This document shows, one piece after another, positions 1 to 8,377 of a stretch of 64,000 bases of DNA. The translations under genes were made by a program, and so were the position numbers. The DNA lies in assembly GCA_016789605.1 (NCBI GenBank), contig JAEUQO010000289.1:8861-72860 (forward strand), read 5' to 3'. The notes under the pieces are model-generated. The model saw nothing but the letters and a program-made list of their open reading frames with translations, made no database searches and was not told the origin of the DNA. Origin of the DNA: Acidobacteriota bacterium (lineage in GTDB: Bacteria; Acidobacteriota; Blastocatellia; RBC074). Each line of letters begins with the position of its first letter. Within the stretch, counting starts at the first letter, position 1.

Positions 1-222
1 TATGGCACAGGGTTACGTTTCAGCCGCACTGGCGCCGATGTACGCGTTCGTTTGGGCGCCAGCTTCTTGCCTGTTTTGTTCAATGGCGCGCAAGGAAGCT
101 TTGCCGGACTGGATCAGGTAAATATTCAATTGACACGAGAATACGCTGGTCGCGGCGACGTTGAACTGGTGTTATTGATAGATGATCAGGTTTCAAACAC
201 GGTGCGCGTCAGCATTAAGTAA
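1..222 (+). CDS. 3' end of a protein with a TIGR03437-like (acidobacterial Ig-like) C-terminal domain; partial
   Basis: Not in the ORF track. Frame 1 from base 1 reads YGTGLRFSRTGADVRVRLGASFLPVLFNGAQGSFAGLDQVNIQLTREYAGRGDVELVLLIDDQVSNTVRVSIK*, with stop TAA at 220-222. The YGTG...G.QG.F.GLDQ.N...GRG.V pattern is typical of that domain. Confidence 0.7.
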   Translation, partial: YGTGLRFSRTGADVRVRLGASFLPVLFNGAQGSFAGLDQVNIQLTREYAGRGDVELVLLIDDQVSNTVRVSIK

Positions 223-384
223 CCCTGGCCTTGGCACTGCGCAAACAAACTTCACCTTGTGGACTGCCTCTCTTTTTCTCTTTTCCAGTGATACACTTAT
301 TGGCTTGGTATGTGCGTGTTCAGGTCGCCTTACGCGTACCGCTGCGGGCATTCAAACACTATTCATTTCACCGGAGTCGTTCAG

Positions 385-2487
385 ATGAAAGCAAATCTGC
401 GAATTGCGCTGCTAATGGTGGGCGTGGTGTGTGTCACCACGCTCTCGTTGCTTCCCACCAGCCGTGCGGACGAGGGCATGTGGACTTTCGACAATCCGCC
501 GCTCAAACAGTGGAAAGAGAAATACAACTTCGAACCGACCTCAGCCTGGCTGGAACATATACGCTTGGCCACGGTGCGCTTGAGCGAGGCTTCGGGCGGT
601 GGTGCGACAGGCTCTTTTGTGTCGGCGGATGGACTGATCTTTACCAATCAGCACGTTGGCGCCGGGCAAGTGGCGAAGCTTTCCAGCGCCAGCGCCAACT
701 ATACCCGTGACGGTTTTTACGCGCGCACACGTGCGGAAGAATTGAAATGCCCGGATATGGAAGCCAACGTGCTGGTTTCCTACGAGGACGTCACCGCTCG
801 CGTACAAGGCGCAGCGAAATCCGCTTCATCGGAAAAAGAAGCTGCTGCACAACGCAAAGCGATCATGGCCGCCATCGAAAAAGAAGACGCGGCCAAAACC
901 GGTTTGAAGTCCGAAGTCGTGACGCTTTACAACGGTGGCGAATACTGGCTCTATCGCTTCAAACGCTACACGGATGTTCGTCTGGTGTTTGCGCCAGAAG
1001 AACAAATTGCCTACTTCGGCGGCGACTATGACAATTTCACTTTTCCGCGCTATGACCTGGACATCACCTTTTTGCGCGTTTACGAAAACGGCCAACCCGC
1101 CAAAATCCAGCATTACCTGAAATGGGCCGAAAAAGATGTCGCCGAAAACGAATTGGTGATTGTGCCCGGTTTTCCCGGTTCGACGGCGCGACTGCTGACC
1201 GCCGCGCAATTGCGCTATCACCGCGATACGGGAAATCCATTGCAAAAGCTGGTTTGGACTTCGCGCAGTGAAGCCTTGAAACGCTATGGCACACAGGGGG
1301 AAGAACAACGTCGTCAGGCTGCGCCGACCATTCGCGGTTTGGAAAACTCGCTCAAACGGTTGGTGGGTCAGCAAGCCGGACTGGAAAATCCGCGCATCTT
1401 CCAAAAGAAAGAGGATGAAGACGCGGCGTTGCGGAAAGCTGTCGCCGCGAACCCGGAATGGCAGCTTGCTTATGGCGACGGGTGGTCGCAATTGGAAAAG
1501 GCATATGCTGAATTGCCTGTGCAGGCCAAACGGCTGGCATTTTCCACTTTGGCGGCCTCAAGGCTGGGAATGCTGGCTTCCAATTTTGTGCGCTACGCGG
1601 AAGAAGTGCGCAAACCCAACGAACAACGCTACGAAGAATTTCGTGACAACCGGCTCGAAGCGATGAAGCTGGCGTTGCTTTCGCCCGCGCCGCTTTATCC
1701 AGAGATGGAAGCCGCGATCCTGGCGGCCTGGTTGGAGGAAGGGAAGCGGGCTTTGGGAGCGGAAGACCCTTTCATTCGCGCCGCGCTTGGTCAGGCGATG
1801 CCCGCAGAGGTGGTGAGCAATGCTGTGCGTAATAGCAAGTTACAGGACTTGGCGTTTCGCCAGTCGTTGTTTACTGCTGGGGCGGATGCGATTCAAAAAT
1901 CGTCAGACCCATTGCTGGTGCTGGCGCGCAAGGTAGAGCCGATCATTCGCGAATTGCGCGCCTGGAATGAAGACAAGATTCTGAGCATTGAAGTGGCTGC
2001 GGGAGAAAAGATCGCCAAAGCGCGCTTCGCCGTCTATGGCAAATCTGTTTACCCTGACGCAAATTTCAATTTGCGGATTCAATACGGCACCGTTGCCGGT
2101 TACGAAGAAGACACAACGCTGGTGCCGTTCAAAACCACATTTTATGGTTTGTATGATCGCGCCAACAGCTTCAACGAAAAGCCGCCCTATCACTTGCCTG
2201 CGCGTTGGCAGAACGCCAAATCCGTGCTTGAGCTTGCTACGCCGTTCAACTTTGTTTATTCGGCTGACACCATCGGCGGCAATTCCGGCAGTCCGGTCAT
2301 CAACCGCAATGCGGAAGTGGTCGGCATCAACTTTGACAGCAATGTACAAAAACTGCCGAATCGGTACTTGTATATTGATGAACGCGAAGGGGCACGCGCC
2401 GTTGGTGTGCACGCCGCTGCCGTTGTGGAAGCGCTGCAAAAACTATATGGCGCAGGAGATTTGGTTAAGGAGATAAAAGGACGATGA
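385..2487 (+). CDS. S46 family dipeptidyl peptidase (DPP7/DPP11 family), secreted
   Basis: Signal peptide followed by [10 protein letters not shown]. Catalytic motifs are TNQHV (His), YDNF.FPR (Asp) and GGNSGSPV (Ser). Start moved from 310 to the ATG at 385 (GGAG upstream, signal peptide follows). Confidence 0.93.
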   Translation: MKANLRIALLMVGVVCVTTLSLLPTSRADEGMWTFDNPPLKQWKEKYNFEPTSAWLEHIRLATVRLSEASGGGATGSFVSADGLIFTNQHVGAGQVAKLSSASANYTRDGFYARTRAEELKCPDMEANVLVSYEDVTARVQGAAKSASSEKEAAAQRKAIMAAIEKEDAAKTGLKSEVVTLYNGGEYWLYRFKRYTDVRLVFAPEEQIAYFGGDYDNFTFPRYDLDITFLRVYENGQPAKIQHYLKWAEKDVAENELVIVPGFPGSTARLLTAAQLRYHRDTGNPLQKLVWTSRSEALKRYGTQGEEQRRQAAPTIRGLENSLKRLVGQQAGLENPRIFQKKEDEDAALRKAVAANPEWQLAYGDGWSQLEKAYAELPVQAKRLAFSTLAASRLGMLASNFVRYAEEVRKPNEQRYEEFRDNRLEAMKLALLSPAPLYPEMEAAILAAWLEEGKRALGAEDPFIRAALGQAMPAEVVSNAVRNSKLQDLAFRQSLFTAGADAIQKSSDPLLVLARKVEPIIRELRAWNEDKILSIEVAAGEKIAKARFAVYGKSVYPDANFNLRIQYGTVAGYEEDTTLVPFKTTFYGLYDRANSFNEKPPYHLPARWQNAKSVLELATPFNFVYSADTIGGNSGSPVINRNAEVVGINFDSNVQKLPNRYLYIDEREGARAVGVHAAAVVEALQKLYGAGDLVKEIKGR

Positions 2488-3314
2488 GTCAACCTGAGTC
2501 GAAAACCTATGACGCCAAAGAACTGGCGTTTCTTTATGACTTGTATGTCGTGCCGCAATGGCGCGAAACATTTGACCGTTTGGTGGATGAAGAACTGACC
2601 TTGCCGGAAAAGGGAAAATGGCTTGAGGTGGAATGTGGAACCGGCGGTTATGCCGTAGACCTGGCGCTCAAAGGCGGTACAAAAGTCGAAGTTGTTGGTG
2701 TGGACAGCAGCGCCGAGCGTCTCGCGCTGGCACGCGGCAAAGCGGAAGTCAAAAAAGCTGAACGCGTGACCTTTCAAACCGGCGTGCCAACGGCATTGGA
2801 CTTTCCCTCAGAGTCGTTTGATTTGGTGTTTGCCGATGCTTCGTTGTTGCCAGCCGCCAGTGTTGGCGAGATTCTCGTTGAACTGACACGTGTGGCAAAG
2901 AAAGGCGCAACAGTGTTACTCAAGCTGGCTTCGCGCGGCAGTTTCGACGAATTCTTCTCATTGTATTGGGAAGCGCTCTATAACTTGGGGCTGCTGGAAT
3001 ATGTGCCGCAGATGGAGGCGCTGATTACCGAGCGTTTGTTACTAAGCGACGCAGAGCAATTGGCAAAAGATGCCGGCTTGAAGCGTGTTCATAATGTGAC
3101 GCGCAAAGAGCGCTTCGATTTTGCTGATGGGCAGACTTTTATTTCAGCGCCATTGATCGAAACCTTCTTTCTTGGCGAATGGCTGGCAGCGCTTCCTGAC
3201 GCCGCTACGCGAGAGAGTGTGAAGCGAGAGTTGATTTCGCTGATTGAGCGTGAACGTCAGGAACGGGATTTTGACGTTTCTATCAAGGCAACGTTGCTCG
3301 TCGGACAAAAGTAA
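2484..3314 (+). CDS. Class I SAM-dependent methyltransferase
   Basis: Motif I-like [10 protein letters not shown], then VVGVDSS and FDLVF. ATGA overlap with the S46 gene. Confidence 0.8.
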   Translation: MSQPESKTYDAKELAFLYDLYVVPQWRETFDRLVDEELTLPEKGKWLEVECGTGGYAVDLALKGGTKVEVVGVDSSAERLALARGKAEVKKAERVTFQTGVPTALDFPSESFDLVFADASLLPAASVGEILVELTRVAKKGATVLLKLASRGSFDEFFSLYWEALYNLGLLEYVPQMEALITERLLLSDAEQLAKDAGLKRVHNVTRKERFDFADGQTFISAPLIETFFLGEWLAALPDAATRESVKRELISLIERERQERDFDVSIKATLLVGQK

Positions 3315-3342
3315 CAGCTCACAAAAGCGTGACAGAACAGGT

Positions 3343-3375
3343 AAGCACTGGGGCGAAATGTCCCAGTGCTTTTTT
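3343..3375 (+). terminator. Rho-independent terminator
   Basis: AGCACTGGG / CCCAGTGCT stem followed by a T run, just after the methyltransferase stop. Confidence 0.8.
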
Positions 3376-3757
3376 GTTACCTAATCCTAAAAATAAAAAA
3401 GAGAAGATGGAAATCCGAAAATCTGAACGCGCTCTCCAGTTTTTCGCACATATTGCAAGTTAGCTGCCGATTTCCTTGATCTAACTTTTGTTGAATCAAG
3501 GTTCTCACATTTATTGGCTTCACTCGCTTGTGATGGAACACCATTTGCCAAGCGGAAGACCGGTGCTTAATTCCAAAAAATTAGTTTCTTACAAATTGAA
3601 ATTAAGAAATTGAGCGAAGTTTGTACGTGGATGTCATCTCTCATCTGAGCCACAAGCTGTAACAGGCAATAAATATATTCTTCGTGTCATATGCTTCATT
3701 GATCTGAAGCTCCCGAACCGACTGAAAAGGGCACCAAATATCCAACAGGAGGAAGTC

Positions 3758-6700
3758 ATGAGAAGTTCAGTACGATTTGTCGCCCTGCTTTGCGCACTAC
3801 TGATCAGTGCGCATTTGCATGGGGTTGCACAATCAACATCAGGAACCATCGCCGGACAAGTCGCAGACGCGCAACAAGCCGTCGTTGCCAATGCGACCGT
3901 GGCGGTACGTAACGTCGGAACCAACGAAACTCGCACCACCACCACCAACAGCGAAGGCCGTTATCGTGTTCCCAACCTGCCCATCGGCAATTACGAAGTC
4001 AGCGTTCAGGCAAATGGATTTGCCAAAGTGGTTCGTTCTGGCATTGAGCTATTGCTCAACCAGGAAGCCGTCATTGATTTTTCGTTGAAGCCCAGTTCGG
4101 TGGAAGAAGTCATCACCGTGGCCGAAAACGCGTCATTGCTTAATACCTCCAACGCCGAAGTCAGCACTCGCTTTGATTCCAAGCGCTTGTCTGAATTACC
4201 GCTCGCGCCCAATCGCAACGTGTTGAACATTGCGCTGTCTGCTGCTGGTGTCAGCCAGTTGGGCAGCGGCCAGACCGGGTTTGCGCAAGGCTTGAATTTC
4301 TCGGTGAACGGTATGCGTCTGCGCTCGAACAATTTCATGATTGACGGGCAAGACAGCAACGATCCGAGCGTTTCCGGTTCACAGCAGCCCATCAACAACC
4401 CTGACGTGGTGCAGGAATTCCGGTTGGTGACCAACCAATTCGCGGCTGAGTATGGCCGCGCTGCTGGTTCGGTGGTCAACATCGTCAGCAAATCGGGATC
4501 GAACAACCTGCACGGTTCCGGGTTTTTCTTTAACAACAACGAAGTTTTCAACGCGCGCAGCAATCTGGACAAAGCTGCCGGGTTCAAAGACGCGCCGCGC
4601 CGCAATGAAGCGCAATACGGCGGAACGCTGGGCGGGCCGATCGTGAAAGACAAAACTTTCTTTTTCGGTTCGTATCAACGTTGGACTGATCGCCAGCTCG
4701 GTTCTGGTGCGACCATCAACGGCGTGCCGACCGAAGCCGGTCGGCAGATTTTGCAACAGCAAGCCGGCACGCGTCCGCAAGTTGCCGCGCTGTTGAAATT
4801 CCTGCCTGCGGCGCAAACGCCGAACAACACCACGGCAAATTTCACGGTTAACAACCAAACGTTTTCTGTTCCGCTCGGTTCATTGACCGGGGCGAACTCG
4901 ATTGCGTTCAACAATCATCAGTGGAGCGGTCGCGTTGACCATCGCTTCAGCGAAAAACACCAGATCAACGGCCGTTATTTCTTCAATGACGAAAACAGCA
5001 ACGGTACGGGGCAAGCGACGCCGACCGGGTTGGCAAACAGCGTGACCACGCGTAACCAGTCGGCGAACGTTGGATTCACCAGCGTGTTGTCGAATTCGCT
5101 CGTCAACGAAGCGCGCATCGCGTATCAGCGCTTTGGCTCGGTGACCAATGCATCTGATCCTTCGTCGGAAACGATTCCGTCCATCGAAATCAACCAGCTT
5201 GGTTTGATTGGTTTCAACGCGGCGGGCACACGTACCGCAATCGGCCTGGCAGTCAACCTGCCGCAATTCCGTTATAACAACACCTACCAAATTCTCGACA
5301 ACCTTTCGTGGACGAAAGGCAGCCACGCGATGAAATTCGGCTTCGATTTCCGTCGTGTGCAGGTCAAGAGCTTCTTCTTCCCGACGATTCGTGGTCGGCT
5401 GGCTTACGCCACGCTCGATAGCTTTGTGAATGACGTGGCCATCGCTTCGGCAATCAACAAGCCGGTGCCGGGCGGCTCGGAAATTCAGTACTACAACTGG
5501 TACGACTACTTTTTCTATGCGCAGGATGAATGGAAGGTTCGCCCGAACTTCACCTTGAGCTATGGTCTGCGTTACGAAACGCCAGGCAATTCCATCGGTT
5601 CGTTGCAACCGTTCAATGATGCGATTTTGGCGGCCAACGGCAACAACCCTGTGTTCCGTTTCCGCAATCCGAATCGTGACACCAATAACTTGCAACCGCG
5701 TTTTGGCTTCAACTGGCGTCCGAATTTCGGCGACAGCGGTATTGCCAGCTTGTTGTTTGGCGGCGATAAAACTGTCATCCGCGGCGGCTATTCGCGCACG
5801 AACGATTACGGGTTTATCAATATCAACCTGAACATCGCCAGCGCGTTCCCGTTTGTGTTCGCGCTCAATCCTTCGTTGAACAACGCCTACTCCAACTTGC
5901 TGAGCGCAACCGCGCCGCCGACAGCGAACCTGCCGTTCATCACGCAAACGACCGTGGGCGAAGATTTCCGTGCGCCGTCGGCAGATCAGTTCAGCTTGGA
6001 AGTCTCGCGTGAATTGTCGAAAGACGTTGTCTTGCGTGTTGGCTATGTCGGCACCAAAGGCAACGGTCTGTTCCAAACCGTGGACGGCAACCCGGTGGTG
6101 AGAGAGCGTACAAATCGCAACGATGCGGCGTTCTTGTACAACCCTGCCGGCACGACGCTGACCAATCAGCCGCGCCGCGTTGATCTGACGCGCGGTGTCG
6201 AACGGTTGCGCTGCAACTGCGCGCAATCCATCTATCATTCGCTGCAAGTCAGCTTGGACAAACGTCTGAGCAAGAACTTCAGCGCGGGCGTGCACTACAC
6301 CTGGAGCACCTTCATTGACACGGCGTCAGAAATCTTCAACCCGCAACCGCAGGGTGAAGTCGCCACGCCGCAAGACCCGTTCAACCGCAATGCTGACCGG
6401 GCTCGTTCCAGCTATGACCGTCCGCATCGCGTGACGGGCAACATGGTGTATGAGTTACCGTTCTACCGCGAACAATCCAGCGCCCTGGGTCGTTTCCTGG
6501 GTGGCTGGCAAGCTAATGCGTTTATCACGTTGCAAAGCGGTACGCCGTTCACCATTCTGAATGGCGCCGATCCGGCGGGTGTGCTGCAAGGCATTGACGC
6601 GCTGGTGGGCAATGCGGTTCGCCCGAACCTGAACACGACGCTCGATCTGTCCAGCATGAACCTGATCGAGATTCGTGCGGCGGGAGGCGCGAATCTGTTC

Positions 6701-6973
6701 CGCGCGCTGCAGACCGGCGAACGTGTGGGCAACATTGGACGCAACACGATTCGCGGCGACGGTATTGCCAACCTGGACTTCGGTATTTTCAAGAACACGA
6801 GAATTATCGAAGGCCACAACCTGCAATTCCGTGCCGAATTCTTCAATGCGACCAACACGCGGAACTTCGGTACGCCGAACACTGCGATCAACTCCGGTGC
6901 GAACTTCTTGAACCAATGGGCCACCAATGGCGGCAACCGCCGCATCTTGATGGGCTTGCGGTATACGTTCTAA
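3758..6973 (+). CDS. TonB-dependent receptor (Oar-like, N-terminal carboxypeptidase-regulatory-like domain)
   Basis: 1071 aa with a signal peptide and SGTIAGQVAD...YRVPNL N-domain. Plug motifs NGMRLRSNNFMIDGQD and AAEYGRAAGSVVN. C-terminal beta strand RILMGLRYTF. GGAGG RBS. Confidence 0.92.
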   Translation: MRSSVRFVALLCALLISAHLHGVAQSTSGTIAGQVADAQQAVVANATVAVRNVGTNETRTTTTNSEGRYRVPNLPIGNYEVSVQANGFAKVVRSGIELLLNQEAVIDFSLKPSSVEEVITVAENASLLNTSNAEVSTRFDSKRLSELPLAPNRNVLNIALSAAGVSQLGSGQTGFAQGLNFSVNGMRLRSNNFMIDGQDSNDPSVSGSQQPINNPDVVQEFRLVTNQFAAEYGRAAGSVVNIVSKSGSNNLHGSGFFFNNNEVFNARSNLDKAAGFKDAPRRNEAQYGGTLGGPIVKDKTFFFGSYQRWTDRQLGSGATINGVPTEAGRQILQQQAGTRPQVAALLKFLPAAQTPNNTTANFTVNNQTFSVPLGSLTGANSIAFNNHQWSGRVDHRFSEKHQINGRYFFNDENSNGTGQATPTGLANSVTTRNQSANVGFTSVLSNSLVNEARIAYQRFGSVTNASDPSSETIPSIEINQLGLIGFNAAGTRTAIGLAVNLPQFRYNNTYQILDNLSWTKGSHAMKFGFDFRRVQVKSFFFPTIRGRLAYATLDSFVNDVAIASAINKPVPGGSEIQYYNWYDYFFYAQDEWKVRPNFTLSYGLRYETPGNSIGSLQPFNDAILAANGNNPVFRFRNPNRDTNNLQPRFGFNWRPNFGDSGIASLLFGGDKTVIRGGYSRTNDYGFININLNIASAFPFVFALNPSLNNAYSNLLSATAPPTANLPFITQTTVGEDFRAPSADQFSLEVSRELSKDVVLRVGYVGTKGNGLFQTVDGNPVVRERTNRNDAAFLYNPAGTTLTNQPRRVDLTRGVERLRCNCAQSIYHSLQVSLDKRLSKNFSAGVHYTWSTFIDTASEIFNPQPQGEVATPQDPFNRNADRARSSYDRPHRVTGNMVYELPFYREQSSALGRFLGGWQANAFITLQSGTPFTILNGADPAGVLQGIDALVGNAVRPNLNTTLDLSSMNLIEIRAAGGANLFRALQTGERVGNIGRNTIRGDGIANLDFGIFKNTRIIEGHNLQFRAEFFNATNTRNFGTPNTAINSGANFLNQWATNGGNRRILMGLRYTF

Positions 6974-6996
6974 ACCTGAGTTTTAATCGGTAGCCA

Positions 6997-7038
6997 AACG
7001 AGGGCTGGGACCACGCGTCCTCAGCCCTCGTTTTATTT
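6997..7038. terminator. Terminator between convergent genes
   Basis: AACGAGGGCTG / CAGCCCTCGTT inverted repeat plus T-rich tail. Confidence 0.7.
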
Positions 7039-7503
7039 TGCTGGTGGTGTTTGTTGTCGTGCCGCCTGGAATTTTTTGAGCAATAGCTTGGCCAGATCAG
7101 GCTCAATTTCTCCACCCAGTGAGCTGGCACGATCACTGGCGACGACCCGATTGGTTTGCGTATCAACCAGCGAGAATGTGAAACGTGTGGTGAAAATCTT
7201 GCGATTGATCTTGATGATCAGATCCGCTTTCTTTTCATCGCGGGTTAACGCCAAACCCAGTTCGTCAAATTCCTTCCGTTTGAGCAATTCACGCTCGAAA
7301 CTTTCCCGGTTAAACCACGCGGATTCGCACTGCACATACAGCACGTGTGCTTCGCGCAATACCTCTGCCGCTGAGACGGCTCTGGTTTGTGGGCTTATTA
7401 CTGATGCGTGTGACGTTTCGTGAATTGAGGTGGAGATATCCGCGACAACGCCGCCCACCAGGAAAAATGCGCACAAGCTGAGCGCAACAACTCTTGCCTT
7501 CAT
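7033..7503 (-). CDS. Hypothetical secreted protein
   Basis: MKARVVALSLCAFFLVGG signal-like start at 7503 with AAGGGA RBS. No family recognised. Confidence 0.6.
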   Translation of the reverse strand: MKARVVALSLCAFFLVGGVVADISTSIHETSHASVISPQTRAVSAAEVLREAHVLYVQCESAWFNRESFERELLKRKEFDELGLALTRDEKKADLIIKINRKIFTTRFTFSLVDTQTNRVVASDRASSLGGEIEPDLAKLLLKKFQAARQQTPPAK

Positions 7504-7624
7504 AGTTATCCCTTTCGTGAAGTTTGAGGATTGGAAACAGGCGGAGTGTATGGTTAGTAGCAGAAGGCAGGCCGTAAACCTGTGACGGTTTTTGCAACCG
7601 TCATAACAGTGATGGGCTACGCGA

Positions 7625-8377
7625 TTATGACAACAAACTGGCAGCCGCTTCATCTACCAGCCACAGCAGCGAGCCTGTGTTTGGTGCGATCAATTGGCTG
7701 GGATAGGTTTCAGGCTGATACGCGCCGATGAGCACTTCTTTGAGCGGGGCGGATTTGTCTGGGCCTGCGATCAGGAAGATGACGTGTTCCGCGCGGTTGA
7801 TAGTTTCGGCTGTTAAGGTGATGCGATGCGCTTGCAGCTTGGGAACGTAATTGGCGACCGCGATTCGTCCTGTCGCGTGCAATGCCGCCGTTTGGGGAAA
7901 CAGGGAGGCTGTATGTCCGTCCGCGCCCATGCCGAGAAACACCAAATCGAAGCGCGGTGGCTCGTTTGATTGGAAAAACAGTTTGAGCGCGGTTTCGTAA
8001 TTCAGGGCAGCCAGATCGTGATCGTTATCTTCAGCAGGAATGCGAAAGACGTTTTCGTTGGGGATGGGGACTTTTGACAGCAGCGTTTCTCGCGTCATGT
8101 GGTAGTTGCTGTCGGGGTGATCCGGGGGCACGCAACGTTCATCGCCCCAAAACAGGAAAATGGAGGACCACGGCAATGTGTCGGCAAATGGGGCTTCTGC
8201 CAGCAAGGAGAACAGGGCTTTGGGCGTAGAACCACCAGAAAGCGCCACCGTGAATTGGCCTGATTGCTTCACGTGTTGAGTTGCCAATTCGGCGAAGTGG
8301 CGCGCAGCTCCACGCGCCAACTCCGCCGCATCAGCAAACACTTCCAATTGGTGTTGGTTCAGTGTCAGTCGTCTCAT
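7625..8377 (-). CDS. pgl: 6-phosphogluconolactonase
   Basis: ALSGGSTP, FWGDERCVPPDHPDSN and LGMGADGHTASLFP motifs. Confidence 0.95.
   Translation of the reverse strand: MRRLTLNQHQLEVFADAAELARGAARHFAELATQHVKQSGQFTVALSGGSTPKALFSLLAEAPFADTLPWSSIFLFWGDERCVPPDHPDSNYHMTRETLLSKVPIPNENVFRIPAEDNDHDLAALNYETALKLFFQSNEPPRFDLVFLGMGADGHTASLFPQTAALHATGRIAVANYVPKLQAHRITLTAETINRAEHVIFLIAGPDKSAPLKEVLIGAYQPETYPSQLIAPNTGSLLWLVDEAAASLLS

Noticed and set aside
3553-3574. GGAAGACCGGTGCTTAATTCC upstream of the TonB receptor, resembling the start of a cobalamin riboswitch
   Set aside because: The complementary P4 strand and the CCCGCAACTGT box do not follow, and the downstream sequence is AT-rich and unstructured.
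4880-6295. Long antisense ORFs (also 826-1491, 12992-14020, 26413-27630, 29600-30598, 30748-31500, 38518-39453, 50400-51170)
   Set aside because: They are shadow frames opposite well-supported genes in GC-rich coding DNA, with no motifs or RBS.
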